Shown: positions 38,529 through 49,429 of the stretch, in pieces
Layout: the number at the start of each line of letters is the position of its first letter
Numbering within the stretch: the stretch's first letter is position 1
Assembly (NCBI GenBank): GCA_964016885.1
Contig: OZ024754.1
Coordinates: forward strand, 38,750,001 to 38,814,000
Direction: 5' to 3'
Length of the DNA stretch: 64,000 nt
From: Eledone cirrhosa
Lineage: Eukaryota
Program-made: the position numbers and the translations under genes
The notes under the pieces: generated by a model
Database searches by the model: none
What the model was told of the DNA's origin: nothing
Seen by the model: the letters and a program-made list of their open reading frames with translations, nothing else

Positions 38529-38599
38529 TATTTTATTATGCGCATTTCAAAAACAAATATCATCATGCGATGACATTTGCGTTTTCGTCAGATAAAATA
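38529..38599 (-). ncRNA. Minimal type-I hammerhead ribozyme motif
   Basis: Minus strand: UAUUUUAU-CUGACGA-long stem II-GAAA-UGCGCA-UA^AUAAAAUA; all core nucleotides present. Confidence 0.75.
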
Positions 38600-38740
38600 G
38601 GGAGACATGATATGAAGGTTAAAAAACACTTGTGAATAGTGCAGTTTTAAATCAACATATGCAGTTTTAAATCAACATGATATGTTGATTTAAAACTTCA
38701 CTATTCACAAGTGTTTTTTAACCTTCATATCATGTCTCCC

Positions 38741-38811
38741 TATTTTATCTGACGAAAACGCAAATGTCATCGCATAATGATATTTGTTTTTGAAATGCGC
38801 ATAATAAAATA
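38741..38811 (+). ncRNA. Minimal type-I hammerhead ribozyme motif
   Basis: Stem I 38741-38748 with 38804-38811 (8 bp), CUGACGA 38749-38755, stem II 38756-38791 (15 positions, one mismatch), GAAA 38792-38795, palindromic stem III UGCGCA, AUA cleavage triplet ending at 38803. Confidence 0.78.
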
Positions 38812-38870
38812 CATGGAACTCTTTTAACCATCTTTTGATCTTATATTATATATATATATATATATATATA

Positions 38871-39246
38871 TCATCATCATTTTATGGCCGCTTTTCCCTG
38901 CTTGCAAGGGTGGGATGGGAACTGCTTCTGGCTTGATTTCTACAGCTGGATGCCCTTCCTAACACCAACTCATTTACAGTGTGGGCTGGGTACCTTTTTT
39001 GCTGTGGCACCTCCACGTCCACTTTACAGTGTGGGCTGGGTGCCTTTTTTGCTGTGGCACCTCCACGACCACTTTTGCAGTGGAATGATAGGGACCCCAG
39101 TCCTATCATCTCATTTCTACAGCTGAGTAAACTAGAGCAATGTGAAATAAAGTGTCTTGCTCAAGGAAACAACACATCACCCGGTCTGAGAATTGAACTC
39201 ACAACCTTTCGATTGCAAGGCCAATGCTCTAACCACTAAGCCATGT
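38871..39246 (-). mobile_element. SINE family A with a duplicated 48-bp unit
   Basis: As 4092-4426 plus one extra tttacagtgtgggctgggtg... unit. Confidence 0.82.
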
Positions 39247-39599
39247 GGGAGGTTGTCATGTCTTTGAAACTGAAAAGAGTCATCTCTCTCTACATATATA
39301 TTTCTATACACACATATATATGATGATGTGATGATGATGATCATCGTCTAACGTCCATCTTCCACGCTAGCATGGGTTGGACGGGTTTATCCCATTTGAG
39401 GCAAGATTGGTCGGGTGACCATGTTTTGCTCGTATAGCATATATATATATATTATACATACATATATATATATTATACATACATATATATATATGTGTGT
39501 GTGTGTACTGGATATATTTTATTGTGAGACAAACATGAGAAAAGTTGTCACGTCTTCAACAAGACCAAAATATTCTCCTAATCTATATAGCCTTTATTT

Positions 39600-39753
39600 G
39601 ATCATCCTCATCATTACTATCACCACCATCACCATCATTTTCACCACCATCATCACCATCATCATTACTATCACCACCATCACCATCATCATTACTATCA
39701 TTACTATCATCATCATCATCGTTACTATCACCATCATTACCATCATCATCATC
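39600..39753. repeat. (CAT/CAC/TAC)n trinucleotide tract
   Basis: Direct inspection. Confidence 0.9.
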
Positions 39754-40173
39754 GTTTAATTCATTAAAAAATTTTCTGTTTAATTGAAGGAAAGGCAAGG
39801 ACTTTATATTAGTATAGATGGCACAAGTTTAAGCACTCAATACTATTAAGTGATTGGGATATGCCATGTTGAAATTGTATATTTGCAGTGACATCTGTTT
39901 GTTATTGGAATAATTGTTTCTACTTTTGGCACAAGGGCAGCAATTACCCAGTACATTACTGGTACTTTATTTTATCGACCCTGTAAGGATGAAAAGCGAA
40001 GTTAACCTCAGTGGGATTTGAACTCAGATCGTAAAGGGACGTAACTATGCTGGAAAGCATGTCCGACCCTCTACCGATACTGCCATGCAGTGTTTATATA
40101 TGGCTTGTGACCAATTCTTTGGTGTTCAGACTCTTTGTGTTCTAAGTTCAAGTCTTGCCATGGCCTAGTTTAA

Positions 40174-40543
40174 CCCTTTTAGCATTTACATAACTTTATA
40201 TTTACTATTGTATTTTTGTGGTAAAGGCTTTACCTCACATAATTATCTCACAATAACATTTACATAACTTTATATTTACTATTGTATTTTTGCGGTAAAG
40301 GCTTTACCTCACATAATTATCTCACAATAACATTTACATAACTTTATATTTACTATTGTATTTTTGCGGTAAAGGCTTTACCTCACATAATTATCTCACA
40401 TAATATCGAATCTATGAGATTTTGATGTTATTTATTTTGAGAACAATACCTTAACGTTGGTATAAGCAGCTGGTTATGGCCAGTTTGAATAGAAAGGGGT
40501 GAGAGAATTTTGGCCGGATATGGCCTGTTTAAATGGTAAAGGG
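40174..40543. mobile_element. piggyBac-like MITE (reverse orientation) with an internal 3 x 74-bp expansion
   Basis: TTAA flanks; internal unit starts at 40183, 40257 and 40331. Confidence 0.85.
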
Positions 40544-40919
40544 TTAACACTACCATCTGGTCCTTGAGTACCTTTAGCTGAGGCCACTCTATTGTAAGTG
40601 TTTGAGCTATGTCTCCAGTTTAAGGGTACCTCACTTCTGTCTCAGACACCTTGAAAACAAGGCATGTTTCTCTCTTTGATAAAACAGTATAAGAAAAAAA
40701 AGTAGTTTCCTTCTGTCATGTTATTAATTTATGTTAGAAAAACATGAATCTTACTCAATTTCCTAAGTTAGGCATGGCTGTGTTGTTAAGGAGTTCACCA
40801 TTACATGATTTCAGGTTCAATCCTACTGCATGTTACCTTGGTCAACTGTCTTCTACTACGACCTTTGGACCAATGTCTTGTGAATGAAATTTGGTAGGTG
40901 GAAACTGTGAATAAGCCAG

Positions 40920-40967
<48 letters not shown>

Positions 40968-41264
40968 CAAAGTTTCAGAAGATCCCATTAAAGGTGAAAG
41001 CAGCAATTCTTTGCTTAAATTTTAATCTGTTATTTTAATAAATATTTGCTCTATAGTTTTATATATTTTTATATATATATTATCCTTATCGAACCCTCTT
41101 CAGATTTTAGTCTTCACATTTAATATTATTACTATCTGAGTTCAAATCCCGCCGAGGTTGACTTTGCCTTTCATCCTTACGGGGTCGATAAAATAAAGTA
41201 CCAGTAATGCACTGGATAATTGCTGGCCTTGTGCCTAAAGTAAAAACAATTACTATATATATAT

Positions 41265-43703
41265 CATCATCATCATCATCATCGTTTAACGTCCATATTC
41301 CATGCTTGCATGGATTTGGACGGGAGTTTTCCCATTTGAGGCAAGAGTGGTTGTCTTGCTCGCATAGGACTGTCTGTCAGGTTTTCTACGGCTGGATGCC
41401 CTTCCTAACACCAACCACATTTACAGTGTGGGACTGGGAGGTTTTTACCGTGTTACCTACACGGCCACATTATAGCGTGGACTGTGTGTTTTTTTGTCGT
41501 GACACCTACACGACCTCATTTGTTTCGGGCTGGATGTTGTGGTACCAACATAACTTTACATTGAAAGGGGTGGTGTGGATGGGGTGGGGGTAGTGGGACG
41601 GGGGTGTATTTTGTTAGAGGTGCCTACTGACTGTAGTAGGTTTCACTGTGTACTTAGGTAAGGCGGGTCTTCTCTATTAGTGTGTAGCGCCAAAGATCTC
41701 GGTCCAGTGACATTGTCTTGGAGAGGTGTAAGTGTGTGAGGTCGGAATTTATCAAGTCGTCCCAGGTTTTTCTGGGTCTGCCTACTCCGTGGCTACCGTC
41801 TATTTTTATTGCCCTGCACTTTTTTTATACAGCTGTCGTCTTACATGCGCATCACGTGACCATACCAACGTAGCCTTCTCTCGAGTAAACAACATCTGAT
41901 CCCTCTTATTTCTAATTTTTCCGTTAGTTCATTTATGCTTTGCCGTTCACGTATATTACTATTACACATCCAGCGGAGCATGCAAGCTTCGTTCCTCTCC
42001 AGTCTGCGTATATCCTCTGCACACAATGCCCAGGTCTCACTGCCATGCAACATTGCTGTTCGTATGCAGGCATCATACAGCCTGCCTTTCATTTTTAGGG
42101 AGAACCCTTTAGCGGCTAATAGTGGTATAAGCTCTCTGAACTTTTTCCATCCAGTTCTGACTCTAGCTACTGTACTTTCGGAGCACCCTCCCCCACTGCT
42201 GATTTTGTCACCCAGGTAACGGAAGCTGTCCACTATTTCTATAGAACCATCTGTGCAATTGAATGAGCTAGTATTCTGTGGGCACTTGCTGCTACTTATT
42301 GCACCAAAGCACCGGCCACATGTAAAATCTGTGTTCTTAGTTAGCTTACCTGTGATCCCACTACATCTTTTATGCACCCATACTTTGCATTTGGGACATA
42401 AAATGGAGTTTCTACCTACTCCTTTCCTACACACTGAGCATGGCCATTTCCCGGATGGGACCGGCGCCCTATTTTCCTTCCTACAAACTAGAACTTTAGT
42501 CTTAGACAGGTTAATTTTAAGGCCTTTTGATTCTAGGCCATGCTTCCATGTTTGGAATTTCTTCTCTAGTTCGGCCATTGATTCAGCTATGAGCGTTAGA
42601 TCATCTGCGTATAGGAGTTCCCATGGGCAGCCGGTCTTGAACTCCACTGTTATAGCCTGAAGGGCAATAATAAATAGTAGGGGGGCTAAGAACGGAGCCC
42701 TGATGAACACCAACTTTTACGCTAAACTCTTCACTATATTCGTTGTTAATTCTAACCTTGCTGACTGTTTCTTTATACATGGCTTGTATAGCTCTCACAA
42801 GCCATTCATCAACACCTAGTTTTCTAAGAGCCCACCAGATAATGGAACGGGGGACTCTGTCGAAGGCTTTCTCCAAGTCGACAAAAGCTAAGTATAGGGG
42901 TTTACTTTTAGCTAGGTACTTCTCCTGTAGTTGTCGTACAATGAAAAGAGCGTCTGTGGTACTTTTGCCTGACACAAACCCGAACTGCATTTCATCTAGA
43001 TCAATTCTCTCTCTGATTAGTTGCGCTATTACTTTTTCTGTGACCTTCATGACCTGGTCGATTAATTTAATGCCTCTTTAGTTACTCCTATCTAGGGCAT
43101 CTCCTTTACCCTTGTAGCAGTTAATGATGATGCTGCTACGCCAGTCCTTCGGAACAACCCCATTCTGTATGACTTGGTTTACTATCTGGGTGACCATGGT
43201 GTGTCCCACCGTTCCAGAAGCTTTCAGCATTTCAGCAACTATTTCCGAAGGCCCAGCCGCCTTACCCGTCTTCATATCTTTGATTGCCTTACTTATTATA
43301 CTACCTTCGACTAACACTGCTGGTCCCTCTATTGGGTCAATGTGGGGGAGACTGTCTTTCTCCCATTTATTCTCCTCATTTAGTAGCCTTTCGTAGTGAC
43401 ACTTCCAAGCTACCTTCTTATCAGCGTCAGTGATGGCAAGTACACCATCATCATTAAGTACACACTTCTCCCCGACAATATCACGGTTTTCCTTGACACA
43501 TTGCCTAGCAATCCTGAACACCTCACGTTTTTGGTCCTCGCATTGTAGAACATGCTTGAACTTTCTTTCCTCTGCTTCCCTTCTTGCGAAGTACATTTGT
43601 CTCCTAGCTTCCCTCCTGGCCACTTGATAGTCTTCTCTACTTCCCCCATCCCGCCATACTTTCCAAGCCTGCTTTTTGGCCTTAATTGACTCCTCCACCT
43701 TAC
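41265..43703 (-). mobile_element. RTE-clade LINE, 5'-truncated and disrupted, with an intact PHD finger
   Basis: Three ORF pieces (43078-43698, 42601-43050, 41841-42713) colinear with the 20167 element; FVDLEKAFD and YADD motifs; stops or frameshifts near 43078, 42700 and 41841; distinct 3'UTR ending in (GAT)n. Confidence 0.93.
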
Positions 43704-43855
43704 TGTTATATATATATGTATATATATATGTAAGAGGTGAGTTTTATTGTAGTACAATAAAGCAATGCAGATATCGGATAAGTAACACTCTACAGTTTGT
43801 AGGACTGGAGTATAAATAATATATAAGATCAAAAGATGGTTAAAAGAGTTCCATG

Positions 43856-43926
43856 TATTTTATTATGCGCATTTCAAAAACAAATATCATCATGCAATAA
43901 CATTTGCGTTTTCGTCAGATAAAATA
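43856..43926 (-). ncRNA. Minimal type-I hammerhead ribozyme motif (third copy)
   Basis: Same 71-nt motif with an intact core; differences are confined to stem II. Confidence 0.72.
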
Positions 43927-43999
43927 GGGAGACATGATATGAAGGTTAAAACACACTTGTGAATAGTGCAGTTTTAAATCAACATATCATATATATATA

Positions 44000-44088
<89 letters not shown>

Positions 44089-44095
44089 TTAGACA

Positions 44096-44142
<47 letters not shown>

Positions 44143-44437
44143 TTAGTATTTCCATAGAAAAGGTAAAGAAAAGAAGAGTGTTCTACGTATAGTACAGAGC
44201 TATATATATACATGAAAAAAACATATATATATATATATTTCTACTTGAAAGAATGAGGATGTGAACAATTATGACAGAAGAAACATAATGTTATCTTTGC
44301 TTGTCAGCTGTGATTTCAACACACACCCACACCCACACACACATACACATACACATATACCATCATTATCATCACCATTTGACGGCTATTTTCCATGCTT
44401 GCATGTGTTAGACTAGTCATACGTTCCATTTTTTACT

Positions 44438-45088
44438 TGGTTTCTATGGCTGGATGCCCTTCTTAATGCAAGCTACTTTATATCATCACCGAGAGTATGG
44501 TTTCTATGGCTGGATGTCCTTCCTAACACCAACCACATTACAACATGTACTGGGAGTATGGTTTCTATGGCTGGATGTCCTTCCTAACACCAACCACATT
44601 ACAACATGTACTGGGAGTATGGTTTCTATGGCTGGATGTCCTTCCTAACACCAACCACATTACAACATGTACTGGGAGTATGGTTTCTATGGCTGGATGT
44701 CCTTCCTAACACCAACCACATTACAACATGTACTGGGAGTATGGTTTCTATGGCTGGATGTCCTTCTTAATGCAAGCTACTTTATATCATTACCGAGTGT
44801 ATGGTTTCTATGGCTGGATGTCCTTCCTAACACCAACCACATTACAACATGTACTGGGAGTATGGTTTCTATGGCTGGATGCCCTTCTTAATGCAAGCTA
44901 CTTTATATCATCACCGAGAGTATGGTTTCTATGGCTGGATGTCCTTCCTAACACCAACCACATTACAACATGTACTGGGAGTGTGGTTTCTATGGCTGGA
45001 TGCCCTTCTTAATGCAAGCTACTTTATATCATTACCGAGTGTATGGTTTCTATGGCTGGATGTCCTTCCTAATGCAAGCTACTTTATA
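44438..45088. repeat. About 60-bp two-variant tandem array derived from the RTE 3'UTR
   Basis: All units begin tggtttctatggctggatg(t/c)ccttc, followed by either ...caccaaccacattacaacatg or ...gcaagctactttatatca. Confidence 0.92.
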
Positions 45089-45139
45089 TACTCTCACCTC
45101 TCCTGTTCATAATCTTCATGGACAGGATTGACATATGCA

Positions 45140-45570
45140 GTCGGGTGGGAAGTGGTATCAAGACTAATGGGTGTACGATCAGTTAGCTGTAATTTGCAGA
45201 TGACATGGTATTACTTAACTCATCAGAAAGTGACCTCTAACACGCACTTGATATATTTGTTGCCAAGTATTGCCCAACAAGAATGAAAATCAGTGCTGCA
45301 AAGACTGAAACACTCATTCTTTCAAGGAAGCCTACTCAGTGCACTCTACATGTGAATGGAGTTCCACTGAAGCAGGTAGAGAAGTTCAAGTATCTCAGTG
45401 CCATGTTCACAAGTGTTGGAAAGTAGGAGGTTGAATTAAGTGCAATAATTGCAGGATGTGTTGCAGTAATGCACCTGCTTTAGCATTCATTCATCAGAAA
45501 AAGAGAGGTAGATGTAAAAGCCAAATTCGCTATCTTCAATTTGGTATTTGGGCCAATCCATACCTCATCA
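45140..45570 (+). mobile_element. Degenerate Expander/RTE-like RT fragment
   Basis: FADDMVLL...MKISAAKTETLILSRKP...VNGVPLKQVEKFKYL, with stop codons. Confidence 0.7.
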
Positions 45571-45749
45571 ACAGTCAGGTTTATAATTTCTACATACTTC
45601 AACCATGGATCCCGAAAATATCTTCTAGCTGGTTTGAAAAATTATAATTTCTATGTGTTTGTTGTATTTTCTGCTCCACATACATGTTTGATATACTTGA
45701 GGTGTTGTATATATATGAAGTTTCATAAGAGGAGAGTCATGATCATCAA

Positions 45750-46134
45750 CATCATCACCGTTTTACGTCCGTTCTTCCACGCTAGCATGGGTTAGACGGG
45801 TTGTTCTGTTGTGGGCAGTGTCTGGTCGGCTGACCATGCCTTGCTCATACAGGAACTGATTTGGCTTGAGTTCTACAGCTGGATGCCCCTCCTAACACCA
45901 ACCTCATTTACAGTGAGTGCTGGGTGCTTTTTCGTGGTGCCTACACGTCCACTTTACAGTGTGGGCTGGGTGCTTTTTTGCCATGGCACCTCCACGACCA
46001 CCTTGCAGTGGGAGGGTGTGGGGGCATATTGTCTATATGCTTCAGCTTGTACCCATGGGAGGTCGGGTACTCTGTATTACTGCATGACGCCAAAGGTCAC
46101 GGTCGTGTGTCATCGCCTTTGAGAGGTGTAATTG
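45750..46134 (-). mobile_element. RTE 3' end fragment (same subfamily as 20167-23477)
   Basis: Encodes QLHLSKAMTHDRDLWRHAVIQSTRPPMGTS*, identical to the C-terminus of the long copy. Confidence 0.9.
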
Positions 46135-46690
46135 ACAATATTTTGTTTGTGTATGTTTGTGTATACAGATTTGTATTCCAGGGGTGGTGGAAGCATTTCT
46201 GAATTGGATGGGGGCAACAAATTTGGTCAATTTAGTTGTAGGGATTAGTTTAGCTGTTATTATCAAATATCAACCAAGATGAGCAAGACAAGGTCAGCCG
46301 ACCGGACACTGCCCACAACAGGACAACCCGTCTAACCCATGCTATGCTAGCGTGGAAGAACGGACGTAAAACGGTGATGATGATGTAAATAAACTTTGAT
46401 AAGCGATAAACATAACATGTACATAAATTGTAGCCCATATACAAATAGATATGTGTTTTGGTAGTTCCACTGCCCTTGTATTCCCCATCACAATTAACTC
46501 TGCTCAAACCCCTTTAACCAGACTTCTTTGAAACAGAATCAAACACACTTCCATTTTTCCTATTTCAATTTCTTTTGGAGGCCAAGATTCTATTCCTTAT
46601 ATCAGTTGAGATCTCTCACAGACTTCAAGTAATTTTCTTCTTTTTTTTTATATTAACATTGTCGTGTTTTACTAGTTTTCAGTTCATTAA

Positions 46691-46910
46691 CCCTTTAGCA
46701 TTTAAACCGACCATATCTGGCCAGAACTCTCTCACCTCTTTCTGTTCAAACCGGCTGTAACCAGCCACTCATACTTATATTAAGGTATTGTTCTCAAAAT
46801 AAATAATATCAAAATCTCATTGATTCGATATTATGTGAGATAATTATGTGAGATAAAGCCTTTACCACAAAAATATATTAGTATATAGAGAGTAATTAAA
46901 TGCTAAAAGG
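46691..46910. mobile_element. piggyBac-like MITE
   Basis: TTAA flanks and family TIRs. Confidence 0.85.
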
Positions 46911-47171
46911 TTAAACTTAGTTGTACATCATCATCACCACCACCTTCATTATCATCATCATTATCATCATCATCGTTGTTATTATGTCCATTTTTCCATG
47001 GTCTAGATGTCCTCTTCCATACACCATTTCTCCAATTGTTTCTTTCCTTTGTCATCTCATTTGTGAAGTGTACTTTTCTTGGTATCCTCTTTCATCACAC
47101 ATACATAAAGAAATAATCTTAAGAATGGTAAAGCTTTTTACCTGACAGACTACCAGACTAGTAACGTAAAG

Positions 47172-47449
47172 TACAGTAGTAGTAGTAGTAATAGTAGTAG
47201 TTGTAGTAGTAGTAGTAGTAATAGTAGTAGTAGTAGTAATAGTAGTAGTTGTAGTAGTAGTAGTAGTAATAGTAGTAATAGTAGTAGTTGTAGTAGTTAT
47301 AGTAGTAGTAGTAGTAGCAGTAGTAGTAGCAGTAGTAGTAGTAGTAACAGTAGTAGTAGTAGTAACAGTAGTAGTAGTAGTAACAGTAGTAGTAGTAGTA
47401 GAAGCAGCAGTAGTAGTAGCAGCAGCAGTAGTAGCAGTAGGAGGAGGAG
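47172..47449. repeat. (GTA)n trinucleotide tract
   Basis: Direct inspection; source of the poly-T and poly-Y ORFs. Confidence 0.95.
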
Positions 47450-47720
47450 AAAAAATGTCCATTTTTGGAAAGCAAATATAATTTTTGTAGATAAAATTAC
47501 ATGGGTTAGACACTAAAAATGACTGCTGTTTGAAGATAGAATTGTAGAAGTGTTGAATAGTTAAGGAGTTTGTTTTGCAACCATCTGGTTTGAGATTCAG
47601 TCATACTGCATGGCACCTTTGGGTATTCTACTATAGCCCCAAGTTGACCAATACTTTGGGAGTGGAATTTGGTTCATGGAAACTAAGCTTGCTGAGCCTT
47701 ATCATATATCGTCGACAAAG

Positions 47721-47751
<31 letters not shown>

Positions 47752-47879
47752 TTAACGTCCATTTTCCACGCTTGCATGGGTTAGATGGGTTGTCACATTA
47801 TGAGACAAGTCAGGTCCAAAGACCATGTCTTGTTCATAGGTATTTTGGTTTGATTTCTACAGTTAGATGCCCTTCCTAA

Positions 47880-48280
47880 CACCAACTACGTTACAGTGCG
47901 GACTGGGTGCTTTTTGGCGTGATACCTACATGACCACTTTGCAGTGTGGACTGGGTGCTTTTTGTCATGGCACCAACATGACCACTTTACAGTGTGGACT
48001 GGGTGCTTTTTGTCGTGATACCTACATGACCACTTTGCAGTGTGGACTGGGTGCTTTTTGTCATGGCACCAACATGACCACTTTACAGTGTGGACTGGGT
48101 GCTTTTTGTCGTGATACCTACATGACCACTTTGCAGTGTGGACTGGGTGCTTTTTGTCATGGCACCAACATGACCACTTTACAGTGTGGACTGGGTGCTT
48201 TTTGTCGTGTCACCAGCACTACCATATTACAGCGTTGACTGGGTGCTTTTTGTTGTGTCACCAGCACGATCACATTACAA
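47880..48280. repeat. 48-bp RTE-UTR-derived array with 96-bp higher-order structure
   Basis: Units alternate ...cgtgatacctacatgaccactttgc and ...catggcaccaacatgaccactttac. Confidence 0.92.
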
Positions 48281-48636
48281 GATGGACACACACACATATA
48301 TATATGTGTGTGTGTGTGTGTGAGAGTGTTTTACGTACGTTTGTCCGTGTTTACCTTTATTGATTGAAATATAAGTACTGGGGTTGATATGATTGATTAA
48401 ATTCCTTGCACATAATGCCCCAGCGTGACCGCAGACTAATGATTATAACCAATAAAAGAATAACCTTGCTTTGGGTCATAATGGTTTGTTTTTAATTGGC
48501 TAAAGGTGTGTGTATAGGTGTATGTGTATATATATATATATATACATGTGTGTATGTATGCAGATGTCAAGGACAAGTGGCTGTTAAAATGTTATCCTAT
48601 CGACCTTAGCTGCGCAAAACAGGGGAGACTATCGCT

Positions 48637-49429
48637 ATGGCGCTGAGCTCTTACTACAATCGTTTAGTAATTTGGTCAAAAGAGACAATACCTCGTTACT
48701 ATCAAGCAAGCACTACACACTGGAGACATCAACAACAACAACATCAGCAGCAGCTTCGCCGGGTTTCTTTTCTATCAGGAGCAAATATTCCAACGTCATT
48801 CCCGTTGTACCTTATACATTGTTGTTCTATTCGAGACCAGCACCTGCTTGCTGCTGTTGTTGTTAGAAACAATACATTTAATCACGATCAACCACTACTG
48901 TCGACACCTCTCGCTACTAAAGACACTAAAAATTTGTTATGTCATAAATTGTTGGTCGGGTTTAGTAGACAAGCTGTGACTGTAGTAAACAATAGGTATT
49001 TCTTGAAGTGGTCAATTTTAAGCTTCTATTGTATTCTTTCTGCTTTACCAGTAATAGTCGGCGGTCGAGGTAGTGTATTTACCAGAGGTGGTTGTGTTGG
49101 TAGTGTAAAACGTTGTAAGAACGAAGCCAACATGTCGGAGACTTCGTCGTCAAAGACAGCCAGCCCCGCTAATAACTCAACTCCTCTGATTAAACTCAGT
49201 AGTAATAATGATAGCGATATGGTCGACTCAACAGTCGCAGTAGATGACAGTCTCCATTCGGGTAACAATAACTCCTGCAAGAAGAAGAAAAGTACCGCCG
49301 GCGAAGATGTGCAGCAGCTTTGTGTGACCAGCCCTGATGATGATGGTGGTGCCACTACGGCTGGATATGGTAACGACCACAACAACGACAAGACGATGGC
49401 GGGAAACCAGTTCCCTTCCGACAAGTCCA
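48637..49429 (+). CDS. MACROD1/2-like gene, probable first coding exon (ATG 48637 or 49132)
   Basis: 265-codon non-repetitive ORF in CpG-retaining sequence. The phase-1 donor TCCA|GTTAAG fits the phase-1 exon chain leading to the macrodomain. Linkage is inferred and the donor is weak. Confidence 0.62.

Larger units (their letters stand above)
38403..38849. mobile_element. (TA)n-flanked palindromic element carrying hammerhead motifs (Penelope-like terminus candidate)
   Basis: 169-bp arms at 38491-38659 and 38681-38849 with a 21-bp spacer; single-arm copy at 43729-43988. Confidence 0.8.

Noticed and set aside
40967-41015. CAGAAGA...GAAA pattern, related to 23500-23600
   Set aside because: Core, stem II and cleavage triplet are all non-canonical; not distinguishable from chance by eye.
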